A stretch of DNA of 64,000 nt from Candidatus Nomurabacteria bacterium (GCA_020631955.1 JACKGL010000002.1:13860-77859), one strand, 5' to 3'; counted from the first letter of the stretch, positions 19,360 to 31,733 are shown. Notes: generated by a model from the letters alone, not told the origin. Translations and numbers: made by a program.

Positions 19360-20619
19360 TTATGCATTTACCCCTGCAACGTATCCTGTAGTCCAACAAA
19401 GCTGAAGTGAATACCCTCCAGATGGTCTGTTGATATGAAGCAAATCTCCTATTACGAACAAATTGTTTATCTTTTTTGATCTCATCGTTTTTGTATCTAC
19501 TTCACTTAGATCTATCCCTCCATCAGCTACTACAGCTCTGTCAAAACCCATAAGCCCTTCTATAGTAAGAGGTAGACCTTTGAGCAGATCTACAACCTTT
19601 CTTCTTTCTTCTTTTGTTATACTATGTACTTTTTTGTCGATATCTATACTTTCACCCAAAAGTAACCCTACCACTTTTTGCATACCATCTGGCGATATTT
19701 CTTTTACAATATTTTTAAAAGTTTTATTTTTGTTTTGATCAAATTTTTTTGTTAGCTCTTTGTCGAGTGACCCGATATCTGTGTCAGGATACATGTCTAT
19801 CTTGGCTGTCACTATACCTTCATGAAGGAGATCAGCGACTTGTTTTGAACAGTTCAATATAAGAGGAGAAGATAGTCCAAAATGAGTAAACAAGATCTTA
19901 CCCTTTTTAGAAAATGCTTTTTTATTATCTACAAAAAAATCTATTTTCATAAAAGATAGTGATGTCCCAGAAATATCTCGAACCCATCGCTCTTTTGTGC
20001 GTAAAGGTACTATGGAAGGAGTAGGAGGATGGACTTTATGTCCCATTTCTTTCAACCATAAAAACCCATCCCCGGTCGAACCAGTCTCAGGATGAGAATA
20101 TCCTCCTGTTGAAAAAACAAAGCTTTTGGCAAAATATTTTTTACCACCCTTATCTTCGACATATTGAATCGAGTTTTCTTTATAAAAGACTTTTGTAATA
20201 ACAGTATTACAAACCACATCAACATTTCCTTTTTTTATATATTTATACAAAGCATCATACACATCGATAGCTTTCTGAGTACTAGGGAAAGCTCTGTTGC
20301 GAGCTTCTACCACGATATCGACACCTATTTTTTCAAAAAAAGAAAAAGTATCTTTTACACCAAACTGCGAAAATGAGGAGTAAAGAAAGTCACTTGTTTT
20401 TCCATAATTTGAAAGCAGTGACCTGACATTATATTCAGCGTTTGTAATATTACACCTACCTCCACCTGTTATTTTCAGCTTGGCTCCTGGTTCTTTGTTT
20501 TTTTCTATCACAAGTACACTTTTTCCGTTTTCAGCAGCAACACCTGCAGCCATAAGCCCTGAAGCTCCCCCACCTATCACAATAACATCATATTCTTTTA
20601 TAGCTTTAGCGTAGACCAT
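19360..20619 (-). CDS. FAD-dependent oxidoreductase, HI0933/BaiN-like flavoprotein
   Basis: 419 aa with the dinucleotide motif VIGGGASGLMAAG, ITGGGRCNITN and a C-terminal GDLLHINRPSGGYSLQ. Confidence 0.8.
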   Translation of the reverse strand: MVYAKAIKEYDVIVIGGGASGLMAAGVAAENGKSVLVIEKNKEPGAKLKITGGGRCNITNAEYNVRSLLSNYGKTSDFLYSSFSQFGVKDTFSFFEKIGVDIVVEARNRAFPSTQKAIDVYDALYKYIKKGNVDVVCNTVITKVFYKENSIQYVEDKGGKKYFAKSFVFSTGGYSHPETGSTGDGFLWLKEMGHKVHPPTPSIVPLRTKERWVRDISGTSLSFMKIDFFVDNKKAFSKKGKILFTHFGLSSPLILNCSKQVADLLHEGIVTAKIDMYPDTDIGSLDKELTKKFDQNKNKTFKNIVKEISPDGMQKVVGLLLGESIDIDKKVHSITKEERRKVVDLLKGLPLTIEGLMGFDRAVVADGGIDLSEVDTKTMRSKKINNLFVIGDLLHINRPSGGYSLQLCWTTGYVAGVNA

Positions 20620-20633
20620 AAACTTTCCACGCT

Positions 20634-20676
20634 TAATATTAGCACAGAAAATATAAATAAAAATTACTTATATATA
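20634..20676 (-). repeat. Partial copy of the junction repeat (promoter-like half only), upstream of the flavoprotein gene
   Basis: taatattagcacagaaaatataaataaaaattacttatatata matches the attagcatataaaatgtaaataaaaattacttatatata part of the full repeats. It lies 15-57 nt upstream of the 20619 start codon. Confidence 0.6.
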
Positions 20677-20703
20677 CAAAAGAGACTTGGTATATGAAAA
20701 CGA

Positions 20704-21267
20704 CTAGTCAGAAAATACAAGCGAACTTATTATTATACCAACCTCTTCTTTATTAATTTTACTATCGTCATAGGTAATTAGATAAAAATCATTTTGACCT
20801 TTATCTTCTTTATAAATATAAATATCTATATGATGTCCTCCGTCTAATGTATCCACTGAAACTTTCACTGCATTACGCCCCCCGATAATAATATCTGAAA
20901 TATTATAATATTCAACTTCATTATGGATATCCATATCCTTTTGATAATAATCAAGTAAATCCTGAACAGAGGGTTTAGTTCCATCTGAATTCTCTAAAAA
21001 ATAATAACCATTATTTAAAGAAAAATAGTGCGCTGAAAAGTCTATAGAAAACTTATTATTCAATGTATCCTGTAAAACTTCAGGTTCACCCCAACTACGT
21101 GGAAAATTAAAAGATATTCCATATTCTTCATTTATATAATTATTCGTTTCTAAATCATTAAAGGTTCCTTTTGAATGACAAAATACCATACATAATAAAA
21201 ATATAATAATAGAACATATGATAATAAAATAATTTTTTTTCATATTATTTATCTTAACTGAAGTCAT
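20704..21267 (-). CDS. Small exported/anchored orphan protein, cassette 1 (shared MTSVKINN leader)
   Basis: 187-aa ORF. Its first 8 codons and about 100 nt upstream are shared with cassettes 2 and 3. A hydrophobic N-terminus follows, and the body is unrelated to its neighbours. Confidence 0.6.
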   Translation of the reverse strand: MTSVKINNMKKNYFIIICSIIIFLLCMVFCHSKGTFNDLETNNYINEEYGISFNFPRSWGEPEVLQDTLNNKFSIDFSAHYFSLNNGYYFLENSDGTKPSVQDLLDYYQKDMDIHNEVEYYNISDIIIGGRNAVKVSVDTLDGGHHIDIYIYKEDKGQNDFYLITYDDSKINKEEVGIIISSLVFSD

Positions 21268-21367
21268 TATTGAAAACTTAATACTATATTAATGATATTA
21301 GCATATAAAATGTAAAATAAAAATTACTGATATAAACAGAACAAACACCCCCTTTAAGGGGGTGTTT
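21241..21367 (-). repeat. Cassette junction repeat, copy 1 (hairpin + promoter-like AT tract + 5'UTR + first 8-9 codons)
   Basis: catattatttatcttaactgaagtcattattgaaaacttaatactatattaat..attagcatataaaatgtaaa.taaaaattact.atata..., ending in the hairpin aaacaccccc-ttta-gggggtgttt (21343-21367). Confidence 0.85.
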
Positions 21368-21389
21368 AACAAAATATTAATCACTTTTA

Positions 21390-21845
21390 TTAAAACTTTA
21401 TAAGTTCAAACTTTTTATTATCGTAATTCCACATCACATTTACATTATCAGATATTCCTACACCTGTCTGATCAGAAATTTCTACCCCAAAAGAGTCATT
21501 ATGTTCTACAGAAAGTATATATCCATACACATCTGGAGAGACAGGAATTTCTGTTTGACCACTGTCCCCACTGAAAAATCCACTCTTATTAATTCTATAA
21601 AGAATATTATTATCTGGATCCACAATATATAGATCAGAAAACACATATATATTATCTATATATTTCACATACATATCTCCAATTTTTTTTCCGTCTCCTT
21701 CATTAAAAGAATGTACTAATTGATAAGCATCTTGATTACTTAGTGAATCAGAGTTTTTACGTAAGACAATATAAATTGACGTTAATATACTTACTATAAT
21801 TAGAACATAAATAATTATTTTTTTATTTATCTTAACTGAAGTCAT
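21390..21845 (-). CDS. Small exported/anchored orphan protein, cassette 2
   Basis: 151-aa ORF starting MTSVKINKKIIIYVLIIVSIL. This copy has no second in-frame ATG after the leader, so the shared ATGACTTCA start codon is probably the one used. Confidence 0.6.
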   Translation of the reverse strand: MTSVKINKKIIIYVLIIVSILTSIYIVLRKNSDSLSNQDAYQLVHSFNEGDGKKIGDMYVKYIDNIYVFSDLYIVDPDNNILYRINKSGFFSGDSGQTEIPVSPDVYGYILSVEHNDSFGVEISDQTGVGISDNVNVMWNYDNKKFELIKF

Positions 21846-21940
21846 TATTGAAAACTTAATACTATATTAATATATTAGCATATAAAATGTAAATAAAAAT
21901 TACTTATATATAAAACAAACACCCCTTTTAAGGAGTGTTT
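21819..21940 (-). repeat. Cassette junction repeat, copy 2
   Basis: By eye it is nearly identical to copy 3 over about 115 nt. The terminal hairpin is slightly degenerate (aaacacccc-ttttaa-ggagtgttt). Confidence 0.85.
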
Positions 21941-21969
21941 AGGAGGAAAGAATCGTGTGCTTTTTTAAA

Positions 21970-22518
21970 TTAGTGAGTAAAATAATCTAAATATTTAATT
22001 TGAAAAAGTGTCCCATCTTTAAAATAAAACTCAAACACCCAGCTTTTTTCGACAGTACCAACTTCATAAAAAGTATATTCATCTTGAATGTTAAAATATT
22101 CCTTAAAACTATCTTTACTCATTCCTATAAATACATCGCTATTAACTACAAATTCCTTTTGATTAATAGAAGCAGACATGAGTATATGTTTATCGCTTTC
22201 AATGTTCCAATAGTAAAACTCATTTATTTCGTCTCCATATACTTCAACTTTATCAATCGCTTCGTCCTGAAAAGAATAGAAATTTTTCTCAAAACTTTCA
22301 ACTAAAGGATATTTAATTGATATTTGATTATAACTTAATGTTGAATTTAATACATTAGAAACAAACTCATCATCAACGATATATAAAGAACTGTCTATGA
22401 CTTTATTATCTTGTATTTTCTCTTCCTCTTTATTCATACTAGTAAGTAAAACCAATACTAGTATAAATATACCTATTAATAAAATATTTTTCATATTATT
22501 TATCTTAACTGAAGTCAT
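21970..22518 (-). CDS. Small exported/anchored orphan protein, cassette 3
   Basis: 182-aa ORF starting MTSVKINNMKNILLIGIFILVLVLL, with the same leader/promoter module as cassettes 1 and 2. Confidence 0.6.
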   Translation of the reverse strand: MTSVKINNMKNILLIGIFILVLVLLTSMNKEEEKIQDNKVIDSSLYIVDDEFVSNVLNSTLSYNQISIKYPLVESFEKNFYSFQDEAIDKVEVYGDEINEFYYWNIESDKHILMSASINQKEFVVNSDVFIGMSKDSFKEYFNIQDEYTFYEVGTVEKSWVFEFYFKDGTLFQIKYLDYFTH

Positions 22519-22612
22519 TATTGAAAACTTAATACTATATTAATATATTAGCATATAAAATGTAAATAGAAATTACTTATATATAAAACAAACACCCCCT
22601 TTAGGGGGTGTT
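22492..22612 (-). repeat. Cassette junction repeat, copy 3
   Basis: Same sequence block as copies 1 and 2, with the hairpin aacaccccc-ttta-gggggtgtt at 22591-22612. Confidence 0.85.
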
Positions 22613-22636
22613 AAAAATGAGAATCACTAAACTTTT

Positions 22637-23086
22637 TTACCATGCACAATAACCAATAAAACTTTTATTTATATTTGAACCGTTTTCATTATTTTTAACT
22701 GTAAGCACTCCAGAAATATCGAAACGTTCTTCAGAATCTAAACTATTGCTAGGGGTTTTATTTTTTGAGATTTGCAACTGGTATTTATCACTAAAAAGTA
22801 TACCGCCTTGATTTTCAAAATTTCTTAACTCTTTATCAACAAACATAAAGAAACTATGACCAATATCTCCTACACCTAGATATTCACTGTTTTGCTTTTC
22901 AGATTCTGAACTAAATATATAACAAGAATATCCATCAATTGAACTGGGTATTGAGATAAACGTGCTAATTTTTATGTCCTTTTTATTATTAGATATATTA
23001 ATCATAAAAGTAACTATCAACACAACAAGAACAATCAAGAATAATAGTAACTTTCTTTTTATGGTTTTATTTTGAAACAGATACAT
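22637..23086 (-). CDS. Small exported/anchored orphan protein (fourth in the array, no shared leader)
   Basis: 149-aa ORF with an N-terminal TM (RKLLLFLIVLVVLIVTF). It lies between cassette 3 and the 5S gene. Confidence 0.5.
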   Translation of the reverse strand: MYLFQNKTIKRKLLLFLIVLVVLIVTFMINISNNKKDIKISTFISIPSSIDGYSCYIFSSESEKQNSEYLGVGDIGHSFFMFVDKELRNFENQGGILFSDKYQLQISKNKTPSNSLDSEERFDISGVLTVKNNENGSNINKSFIGYCAW

Positions 23087-23157
23087 GTATATGATTCTTG
23101 TGTTTTTCTACATGATAAGAAGTGTCTTTAGGGGGTGTTAAAAAAATAAAAGGCTTT

Positions 23158-23269
<112 letters not shown>

Positions 23270-23339
23270 AAACCTTTTATGAGTTTTGTACAAAATCTAA
23301 AATTAAAGAAAACTTTTCGAAGCATTAATGTGCATTATT

Positions 23340-26710
<3,371 letters not shown>

Positions 26711-26877
26711 ATGATGCACACTAACCTAATGTGCTTCTCTACTTTCACAAATACAAAATGAAAGTAGAAGTCTTCTTTAATCTATCTCAAGACTTTGACG
26801 AAAAGACCATCATATTTATGTTCTTCTGGTCTTGGATAGGATTTTGTTTACAAAAAATTCAGATCGGATTCCCGATC

Positions 26878-26913
26878 TTATTTCTAAGAATGACAAGTCA
26901 TTCTTAGAAATAA
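26878..26913. repeat. Perfect 36-nt palindrome in the region upstream of 23S
   Basis: ttatttctaagaatgac-aa-gtcattcttagaaataa has 17-nt arms. It is preceded by a second small hairpin agatcgg-attc-ccgatct (about 26863-26880) and followed by ccgcc-tttc-ggcgg (about 26952-26965). Confidence 0.7.
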
Positions 26914-27140
26914 AATAGGGACTGCATTTTTACTTTTTAAATTTTAAATCCGCCTTTCGGCGGAGACACACAAACTAAACCTTTGGCGTTTTCTCCGCTA
27001 ACTTTTAATTTGTGTTAATACAATACTCATGTAGTGGAGAGTCTATACTATCTGAGTAAAAAAGTCAAGCATCATTCGGATGATTTTGGGCTACTTTTCC
27101 ACAAGAAATAGCGTCCTAAAATAACTATATATATTCAAAT

Positions 27141-27177
27141 AAAAACACCCCATGACAAGCTGTCATGGGGTTTTCAT
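27141..27177 (-). terminator. Hairpin terminator downstream of the GC-rich small gene
   Basis: ccccatgaca-agc-tgtcatgggg is a 10-bp stem with A/T runs on both sides, about 18 nt after the stop at 27195. Confidence 0.6.
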
Positions 27178-27194
27178 ACGTCGATCTCCGGGGC

Positions 27195-27554
27195 TTACGG
27201 GCGCCGCTTCTTCCAGCGGGCGATCATCTCCCAGAGGTCCCAGTCACGAGACAGGCTGGTACCGGCTTTCCGTTTTTCCAGGATCATGTTAGCGGCCACA
27301 TTCTTGTTGGTAGCCAGCAGGTTCATCTCATCCGGGATATCCGGTGTAGTAGCAGTCGAGGTTGCAGCATACGTAAAGGTCGGATCAAGGTCAATAGCAA
27401 CGATCTTCATTTCCGGCTTGTCCGGGATCTTCAGTTGCGTCTTTTCCTTAATAACGACTCCGGCATTATTCGCCGATACATTTTGCGGTGCCATCACCGC
27501 CGCAATCATACTCATCATCATGAGCAGGATCGGGATGTAAAACATCTTCTTCAT
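27195..27554 (-). CDS. Small secreted protein of unknown function, compositionally foreign (GC-rich)
   Basis: Starts at MKKMFYIPILLMMMSMIAAVMAPQNVSA (signal-peptide-like; ATG = complement of 27552-27554), about 119 aa. Hand GC counts are 40/60 for 27181-27240 and 33/60 for 27241-27300, against about 19/60 in typical genes. The overlapping plus-strand ORFs translate to low-quality sequence. Confidence 0.6.
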   Translation of the reverse strand: MKKMFYIPILLMMMSMIAAVMAPQNVSANNAGVVIKEKTQLKIPDKPEMKIVAIDLDPTFTYAATSTATTPDIPDEMNLLATNKNVAANMILEKRKAGTSLSRDWDLWEMIARWKKRRP

Positions 27555-27635
27555 AAGAGAAATGTTTAAAGGGGTTAACAATAAAGAATATCGATTACTT
27601 TTTATCACGTATTATATTTCCTGTCAAGAAACAGA

Positions 27636-27661
27636 AAAAGCTGGTTTTAACCAGCTTTTTC
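27636..27661 (-). terminator. Hairpin terminator after the 27684-28373 gene
   Basis: aaaaagctgg-ttttaa-ccagcttttt lies 23 nt downstream of the stop. Confidence 0.55.
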
Positions 27662-27683
27662 TTAAAAGATTTTTAGATAAGTA

Positions 27684-28373
27684 TTATCTTCTTCCTCCCA
27701 TTTCGTCTCTTACTCTTTCTATTGTTCTAGAAGCAGCGTCGCGACCACCTAGACCAAAAGCAAGTCCTCCGGCTATAGCAAGCATAGCTATAATACCAGT
27801 GAATAGTATTTGCATAAATTGCACAGCAATACCTAGCTCTGATAGAGCGATGATAAATGCAAATATCCAGATAGCGTAAACAGTAACTGTACCTAGCATG
27901 TTTGCTGAAGATACACCTGCTGCTTTAGCGCTACCTACTACTATCTTCTTCATAGCGTTAGATACAAATGTAGCGATAAGAAGCACAAATGCTGCTATTA
28001 CTACGTTTGGTAGGAAGTTCACAACTACGTCTCTTAAGAAAACGTTTACTTGTGTAAGACCTACTATATCTAGTGAAGCCATCAAAAATAGTACTATAAA
28101 GAACCACTTTACTATGCCTCCGAAGAAACCACTCACTGATACTTTCATACCAGATTTTTGTAGAGCTTCGTCAAAAGCAGTACCTTTAAATAGAGAGTCG
28201 AATTTTAGAGTAGAAAATAGCTGAGCTACACCTCTACCCAAAGCGCGACCTAGGAACCATCCTGCGATAAATAGGATGATCGCTATAACTAGATTTGGCA
28301 CAAAAGCGACTACGCCAAACCAAAGATTTTGAAAAGATGCGTTGAGGACATCTCCCCATGTTTGAAGTAACAT
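27684..28373 (-). CDS. Multi-TM membrane protein with 'conserved TM helix' repeats (mechanosensitive-channel-associated type); tentative
   Basis: 229 aa. The N-terminus WGDVLNASFQNLWFGVVAFVPNLVIAIILFIAGWFLGRALGRGVAQLF and later similar helices resemble the TM_helix repeat family. Confidence 0.45.
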   Translation of the reverse strand: MLLQTWGDVLNASFQNLWFGVVAFVPNLVIAIILFIAGWFLGRALGRGVAQLFSTLKFDSLFKGTAFDEALQKSGMKVSVSGFFGGIVKWFFIVLFLMASLDIVGLTQVNVFLRDVVVNFLPNVVIAAFVLLIATFVSNAMKKIVVGSAKAAGVSSANMLGTVTVYAIWIFAFIIALSELGIAVQFMQILFTGIIAMLAIAGGLAFGLGGRDAASRTIERVRDEMGGRR

Positions 28374-28454
28374 AATAATGTATACATTAATAAACTAATA
28401 ATCGAACGTTCGACCACTTATCTTACTTTATAAGTGATACTCTAATTATATCAT

Positions 28455-29108
28455 TTATCTACGACTCCTTATAAACATTGTGGAAAACTGTTTTTTATCC
28501 AAAGTGACTTCATGAGGAAAGTCAAACATATCCCATATAAGCTTATCGAACATTTGAGTTCTATATAGAAACTCTTCTGTGTCAAAAACAGCGTAGGTAA
28601 GCTCCTTTCCTATCTCAGCCTCTAGGTCTGTCATGGATTTACGGAATTTTTTCTCGTCTATTTTATCTATTACAAAAAGGGCATCCATTCTAGACTTATC
28701 TTCGCCTATAAGAACACCAGATATAGCTATAAATCTAAGTACTCCTGACTTGGAGAACCTATCTGTAAGACTATTTTTATCTAAAAGCTCACTTTCCACT
28801 AATAAAGCTCTGATTTCTTCCAATATAGGGAAATTGATGTTTAATATAAAACCATTTGTTTGTTTTCTTCTGGTCCCCCTTTTTGTCTTTATTTCTTTAG
28901 AATAACTCTTCTTTTTTATCATACCTGAAGCTAAAAGGTTGTTTATCTCTTGTCTGGTACTAGAAGGAGATATTTTTAATTTTGAAGCAGCTTCTGCCAC
29001 ATCAAAAGGAGTTTCTGGATTCATGAGGAAAAGTCTCATAACTTTGACCTTATTTTCTCCACCTAGGATTTTAGCCAGTGTTTTTATCATGCAACGAGTA
29101 TAAACCAT
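28455..29108 (-). CDS. Putative winged-helix DNA-binding protein (ArsR/MarR-like N-terminus) with an uncharacterised C-terminal domain
   Basis: 217 aa. The stretch KVMRLFLMNPETPFDVAEAASKLKISPSSTRQEINNLLASGMIKKK looks like a wHTH. The likely start is MIKTLAKILGG at 29090. Confidence 0.45.
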   Translation of the reverse strand: MVYTRCMIKTLAKILGGENKVKVMRLFLMNPETPFDVAEAASKLKISPSSTRQEINNLLASGMIKKKSYSKEIKTKRGTRRKQTNGFILNINFPILEEIRALLVESELLDKNSLTDRFSKSGVLRFIAISGVLIGEDKSRMDALFVIDKIDEKKFRKSMTDLEAEIGKELTYAVFDTEEFLYRTQMFDKLIWDMFDFPHEVTLDKKQFSTMFIRSRR

Positions 29109-29192
29109 TTTCCTGTTTTGGCAAGATTTTTCATATCCAAAACAAAAAGCCCCAATAAAGGGCTTTTTGTTAGAATTTTTCGATAAAATAGA

Positions 29193-29675
29193 TTATTTAA
29201 GTTCTACTTTACCTCCAGCTTCTTCGATAGATTTCTTTAGTGCTTCTGCTTCATCTTTCTTAGCACCAGATTTTAGTGTTGAAGGAGCTCCATCTACTAG
29301 ATCTTTTGCTTCTTTAAGACCAAGTCCTAGTACTTCTTTTACTACTTTCATAACACCGATCTTAGCATCACCAGCTGAAGCTAGTACTACTTCAAAAGAA
29401 TCTTTTTCTTCTGCTGCACCTTCAGCGCTAGCGGCTCCACCTCCTACTGCTACAGCAGCAGCTGTGATCCCGAATTTCTTTTCTAGTGTTTTTACTAATT
29501 CATTTAGTTCAAGAACGCTCATCTTTTCTATAGATTCGATAAGAGATTTGAATTGTGCAGGTACTTCAAACTCAGTAGCGCTTTCTTGTGCAGGCGCTGG
29601 AGTTGCAGCAGCTGGAGTTTCTACTGTAGTTTCAGTTGCTGTAGTTTCTGCTTGTGTTGTTTCTTTTTCGTCCAT
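29193..29675 (-). CDS. rplL: Ribosomal protein L7/L12 with a roughly 35-aa acidic/Thr/Ala-rich N-terminal extension
   Basis: The canonical part runs ..[95 protein letters not shown]. It is preceded by [36 protein letters not shown]. Confidence 0.9.
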   Translation of the reverse strand: MDEKETTQAETTATETTVETPAAATPAPAQESATEFEVPAQFKSLIESIEKMSVLELNELVKTLEKKFGITAAAVAVGGGAASAEGAAEEKDSFEVVLASAGDAKIGVMKVVKEVLGLGLKEAKDLVDGAPSTLKSGAKKDEAEALKKSIEEAGGKVELK

Positions 29676-29700
29676 ATTATTAATTGTATAAATTTATAAA

Positions 29701-30189
29701 TTATTCTTTACTTTTTGATATCTCAGAAATTGCGATAGCAAATTTTTGAAGAGGTGACCTGATAAGGAAAGCAAACTGTGCATATAGCACCTCTCTGCTT
29801 GGAATGGTCGCCACACTTTGCATTTTTGCCATATCAGCAAAAGTGCCTTCAAAAACTCCACCGACAATACTTATCATATCTTTGTGAGTCTTCGCAAACT
29901 CGTGTATACCTCTAGCTGGCGCTATCGCATCTTGCGTACCCCAAGCTACAGCTATCTCTCCTTCTAAGTTTGGCATTTCACCGGAGAATTTGTCTCCAAT
30001 AGCTTTCTTTAGAAGGGTCTTCTTTACCACGCGATACTCTACACCTTCTTCTCTTAATTTACTTCTTAGTTCACTTGTATCTTTCACAGAAAGGTTTTTA
30101 AAGTGAGCAAAAACTATAGAAGAAGCAGATGGTAAAGCTGCGGTAAGGTCTTTTAGTATTTCTGCTTTTTTTGTTTTTGTAAGTGCCAT
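29701..30189 (-). CDS. rplJ: Ribosomal protein L10
   Basis: MALTKTKKAEILKDLTAALPSASSIVFAHFKNLSVKDTSELRSKLREEGVEYRVVKKTL.. sits directly upstream of rplL. The ORF track extends to 30291, but the conserved N-terminus begins at ATG 30187-30189 (complement). Confidence 0.9.
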   Translation of the reverse strand: MALTKTKKAEILKDLTAALPSASSIVFAHFKNLSVKDTSELRSKLREEGVEYRVVKKTLLKKAIGDKFSGEMPNLEGEIAVAWGTQDAIAPARGIHEFAKTHKDMISIVGGVFEGTFADMAKMQSVATIPSREVLYAQFAFLIRSPLQKFAIAISEISKSKE

Positions 30190-30344
30190 AATGATTTTTA
30201 AAATAAAAAAACGGCTAAGCGCCGCGTTCGGAAAAACCGAAATAATGTGATCGACCATTGGGTAGGATTTATAGAGGATTTCTCCCTCCACCTACTTTCT
30301 TCACGGCAAGAAGATATTACCAGATACCTTTGTTTTTGGCAAGA

Positions 30345-30512
30345 TTATTGGTTATCAGTAGAAAATGTAGAAAATAAAGCTGAATTTTCAGTGGAGATAG
30401 GGCTAGTTCCATTGGTCTCGTAATACTTGTTAGTAAAATACAAAGACACAATACCTAGAAAAATAATCAATGCAAATACGGCTAATCTCCTTAGAAAATG
30501 TTGGGCAAACAT
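30345..30512 (-). CDS. Possible 55-aa single-TM protein (below the ORF-track cut-off)
   Basis: My translation is MFAQHFLRRLAVFALIIFLGIVSLYFTNKYYETNGTSPISTENSALFSTFSTDNQ*. It fills the gap between two same-strand genes. There is no other support. Confidence 0.3.
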   Translation of the reverse strand: MFAQHFLRRLAVFALIIFLGIVSLYFTNKYYETNGTSPISTENSALFSTFSTDNQ

Positions 30513-30530
30513 GCTTATATTTTACTAAAA

Positions 30531-31733
30531 TTATTGTCCAAAGAAAAGAAAGGCGTCTTCTGTCTCTTTTGGTATAGCTATACTGTATCTATCAGAAGAA
30601 AGTATAAAAGAACCTTCATAAATAAGACTCTTGTATAATTCTTCATACGAAGACTTTTTAATATCAAAAGTTTTTACAAAATACTCGCTATTGGAGTGGT
30701 TTTTATACTTATATATTATTTCCCCTCCTGGCAGAAGTCTTATGTCATCACAAGTACCTTCACTTTCTAATGTGTATTCTTGTAAAAGAACACCTTGAGG
30801 ACTGACAAACTGTCCTATACAGTTGTTACTCACCAAAAAATTACCGTCCCAATAGTCCACACTAGTAGCCCCAGCTCCCACTATGGTGTTTTTCTTTGTA
30901 TCTATATTGAATATACTATGTTTAACATCTATAGATTTGCGATATCTTAGATAAAGATCGTCTTTTGTATCAGCCCATTTAACAGAAATTATCTTGAAAT
31001 CCGGTTCTGTAAAAAGAATATCTTCTGTCATATCACTAAGATCAAGAGAAATTAGTGTTTGATCTGGGTCAGAATTTTCACTCCTTTCTGTATTTTCTCT
31101 AGAAAAGAAAAGTATATTTTTATCTTTGTCATAAAACAGAGGTCTGTCATACGGAACATCAGTAATATCTTCATATACCTGCCCAGAGTTGCCGATTATT
31201 TTTATACCCAACTGTGTAGAAATAAAAGATTTACCGTTATCATAATCATACACCAAAGGAGAATATGAGAGATCCCCTTCTACTATTTTAGATACAGACT
31301 TTTCAAGATAACTATAATAATACAACCCTTCCTTTGCGGAAAATACAAAACCATACCTGTTCCAAGCGGGTGATCCGTAAATAAAATCTTTTCTTATTAT
31401 ACTCGCACTACCAGACTCGAAGTCATAAAAAGCAGTCCAAATATCGTATTCAAAATCTTTTCTTTTATTTTCACCGGTAAAAATAAAGTTCTCACCAGAA
31501 GGAGAATAATAAGCAATACCCCCGTAACTATCTAAAGACAACCCTAAAGATGTGAAGTCTTGTGAAAAGTCAGTTATTTTTACTTCTTGCACAGATACTG
31601 GAGTAGTGTTTTGCACATCTTCTTTTAAGAAGCTATTGAAAACGAGTATACCTATAAATATAAATACACCTATAGAGAAGATAAGAATTATTAATTTTTT
31701 TAGAAAACTATTTTGGTAGATATATTTCATCAC
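30531..31733 (-). CDS. Hypothetical membrane-anchored protein (possible beta-propeller ectodomain)
   Basis: 400-aa ORF with a TM (KKLIILIFSIGVFIFIGILVF). It is rich in aromatic/Gly beta-strand-like repeats, and its start overlaps the HlyD-like gene end by 26 nt. Confidence 0.55.
   Translation of the reverse strand: MMKYIYQNSFLKKLIILIFSIGVFIFIGILVFNSFLKEDVQNTTPVSVQEVKITDFSQDFTSLGLSLDSYGGIAYYSPSGENFIFTGENKRKDFEYDIWTAFYDFESGSASIIRKDFIYGSPAWNRYGFVFSAKEGLYYYSYLEKSVSKIVEGDLSYSPLVYDYDNGKSFISTQLGIKIIGNSGQVYEDITDVPYDRPLFYDKDKNILFFSRENTERSENSDPDQTLISLDLSDMTEDILFTEPDFKIISVKWADTKDDLYLRYRKSIDVKHSIFNIDTKKNTIVGAGATSVDYWDGNFLVSNNCIGQFVSPQGVLLQEYTLESEGTCDDIRLLPGGEIIYKYKNHSNSEYFVKTFDIKKSSYEELYKSLIYEGSFILSSDRYSIAIPKETEDAFLFFGQ

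Noticed and set aside
20620-23150. CRISPR array or integron reading of the regularly spaced ~120-bp repeats
   Set aside because: The repeats are far longer than CRISPR repeats, and the 450-560-bp 'spacers' are full ORFs with signal/TM N-termini. No cas genes or leader are present. No IntI-type integrase or attI is present either, and each unit appears to carry its own promoter, unlike promoterless integron cassettes.
27040-27070. Sigma70-like promoter for the rRNA operon (TTGACT ... TATAGA on the minus strand)
   Set aside because: The hexamers are plausible, but by my count the spacer is only 15 nt, and AT-rich DNA produces many such matches. This is not enough to annotate.
27165-27569. Plus-strand ORFs (134 aa and 84 aa) covering the GC-rich island
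   Set aside because: In GC-rich DNA all frames stay open. Only the minus-strand frame gives a start codon followed by a credible signal peptide and sits correctly relative to the flanking hairpins. The strand choice remains a judgement call.
30190-30300. Ribosomal protein L10 leader RNA / attenuator upstream of rplJ
   Set aside because: Small hairpins (ttcgg-ttttt-ccgaa; cggc-gctta-gccg followed by T7) are present. They could equally be the terminator of the upstream small ORF, and I cannot match them to the L10-leader consensus without a covariance model.
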